From Prorocentrum cordatum (taxonomy: Eukaryota), in NCBI GenBank assembly GCA_963575745.1, contig CAUYUJ010000292.1, forward strand, positions 434,001 to 498,000: DNA of 64,000 nucleotides. Direction: 5' to 3'. The first letter of the stretch is position 1. Every line of letters starts with the position of its first letter. The position numbers and the translations under genes are program-made. The notes beneath the pieces were generated by a model. That model was given only the letters and a program-made list of their open reading frames with translations. It ran no database searches and was not told the DNA's origin. Positions 63,517-64,000 of the stretch are shown here, piece after piece.

Positions 63517-64000
63517 TGGGTTTCTGTTTTCCCCCCCACTTCCCATATTTTCCCATACTTTCTGGGGAATCGAAGATGACTTGTGTCTATGTGTTTCTTT
63601 TCCTCCTGAAGGGCGTCCGCGCGGCACGAGATGTGCGCGCGCGCGCCTGCGGTGGGCACCCCCGCCGCGCTCTGCGACGCCGCACAAGCAGGTGTGGGCA
63701 ACGCAGAGAGGAGGGCGTCCAAGAGGGGGGCTCGCAGCTCACGGCCCGAGGCGCGTGCGCGGCCCCAGGGGGGGAGGGGGACACGGAACGCGCGGAAAGA
63801 GAAAGGCGAGGTGCCATGAGACCCAGGGAGGTAACAATCGAAACGATGCCATAAGGAGCCCTTTATAAGGAACGAGGCCCCTTTTCTCCATACGAAGTTA
63901 AACTTCGATTTCCCATGGGAAAGCCAAGAAACACTTGAGACTAACTGTAAAACAATTAAGGAACACTGGGCCCCTCCCCAAAGAACAGGGCTCCTTCTCC

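Overview
Eukaryotic, GC-rich, repeat-saturated DNA. GC/GA splice donors, micro-exons and direct repeats at intron boundaries point to a dinoflagellate, possibly Prorocentrum-like (inferred from style, not searched). Most of the ORF track is artefact from (GGA)n, (CAT)n and (GAC)n tracts. Four real layers were found. (1) A minus-strand ankyrin-repeat gene rebuilt from six small exons spread over about 26 kb (53272 to 27056), with introns up to 11.5 kb. (2) Three decayed non-LTR retrotransposon pieces: one has RNase H placed before the endonuclease and one has an extra 3' ORF. (3) Many MITE-like and minisatellite families. (4) The most striking item: a 1943-bp insertion (56371-58313) that splits the LINE reading frame exactly. 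It has asymmetric inverted ends, a 6.3 x 90-bp tandem array and the last two exons of a Pif1-type SF1B helicase separated by a foldback, introner-like GC-AG intron. It is a candidate Helitron2/Helentron-like rolling-circle element. No rRNA, tRNA or CRISPR array is supported.
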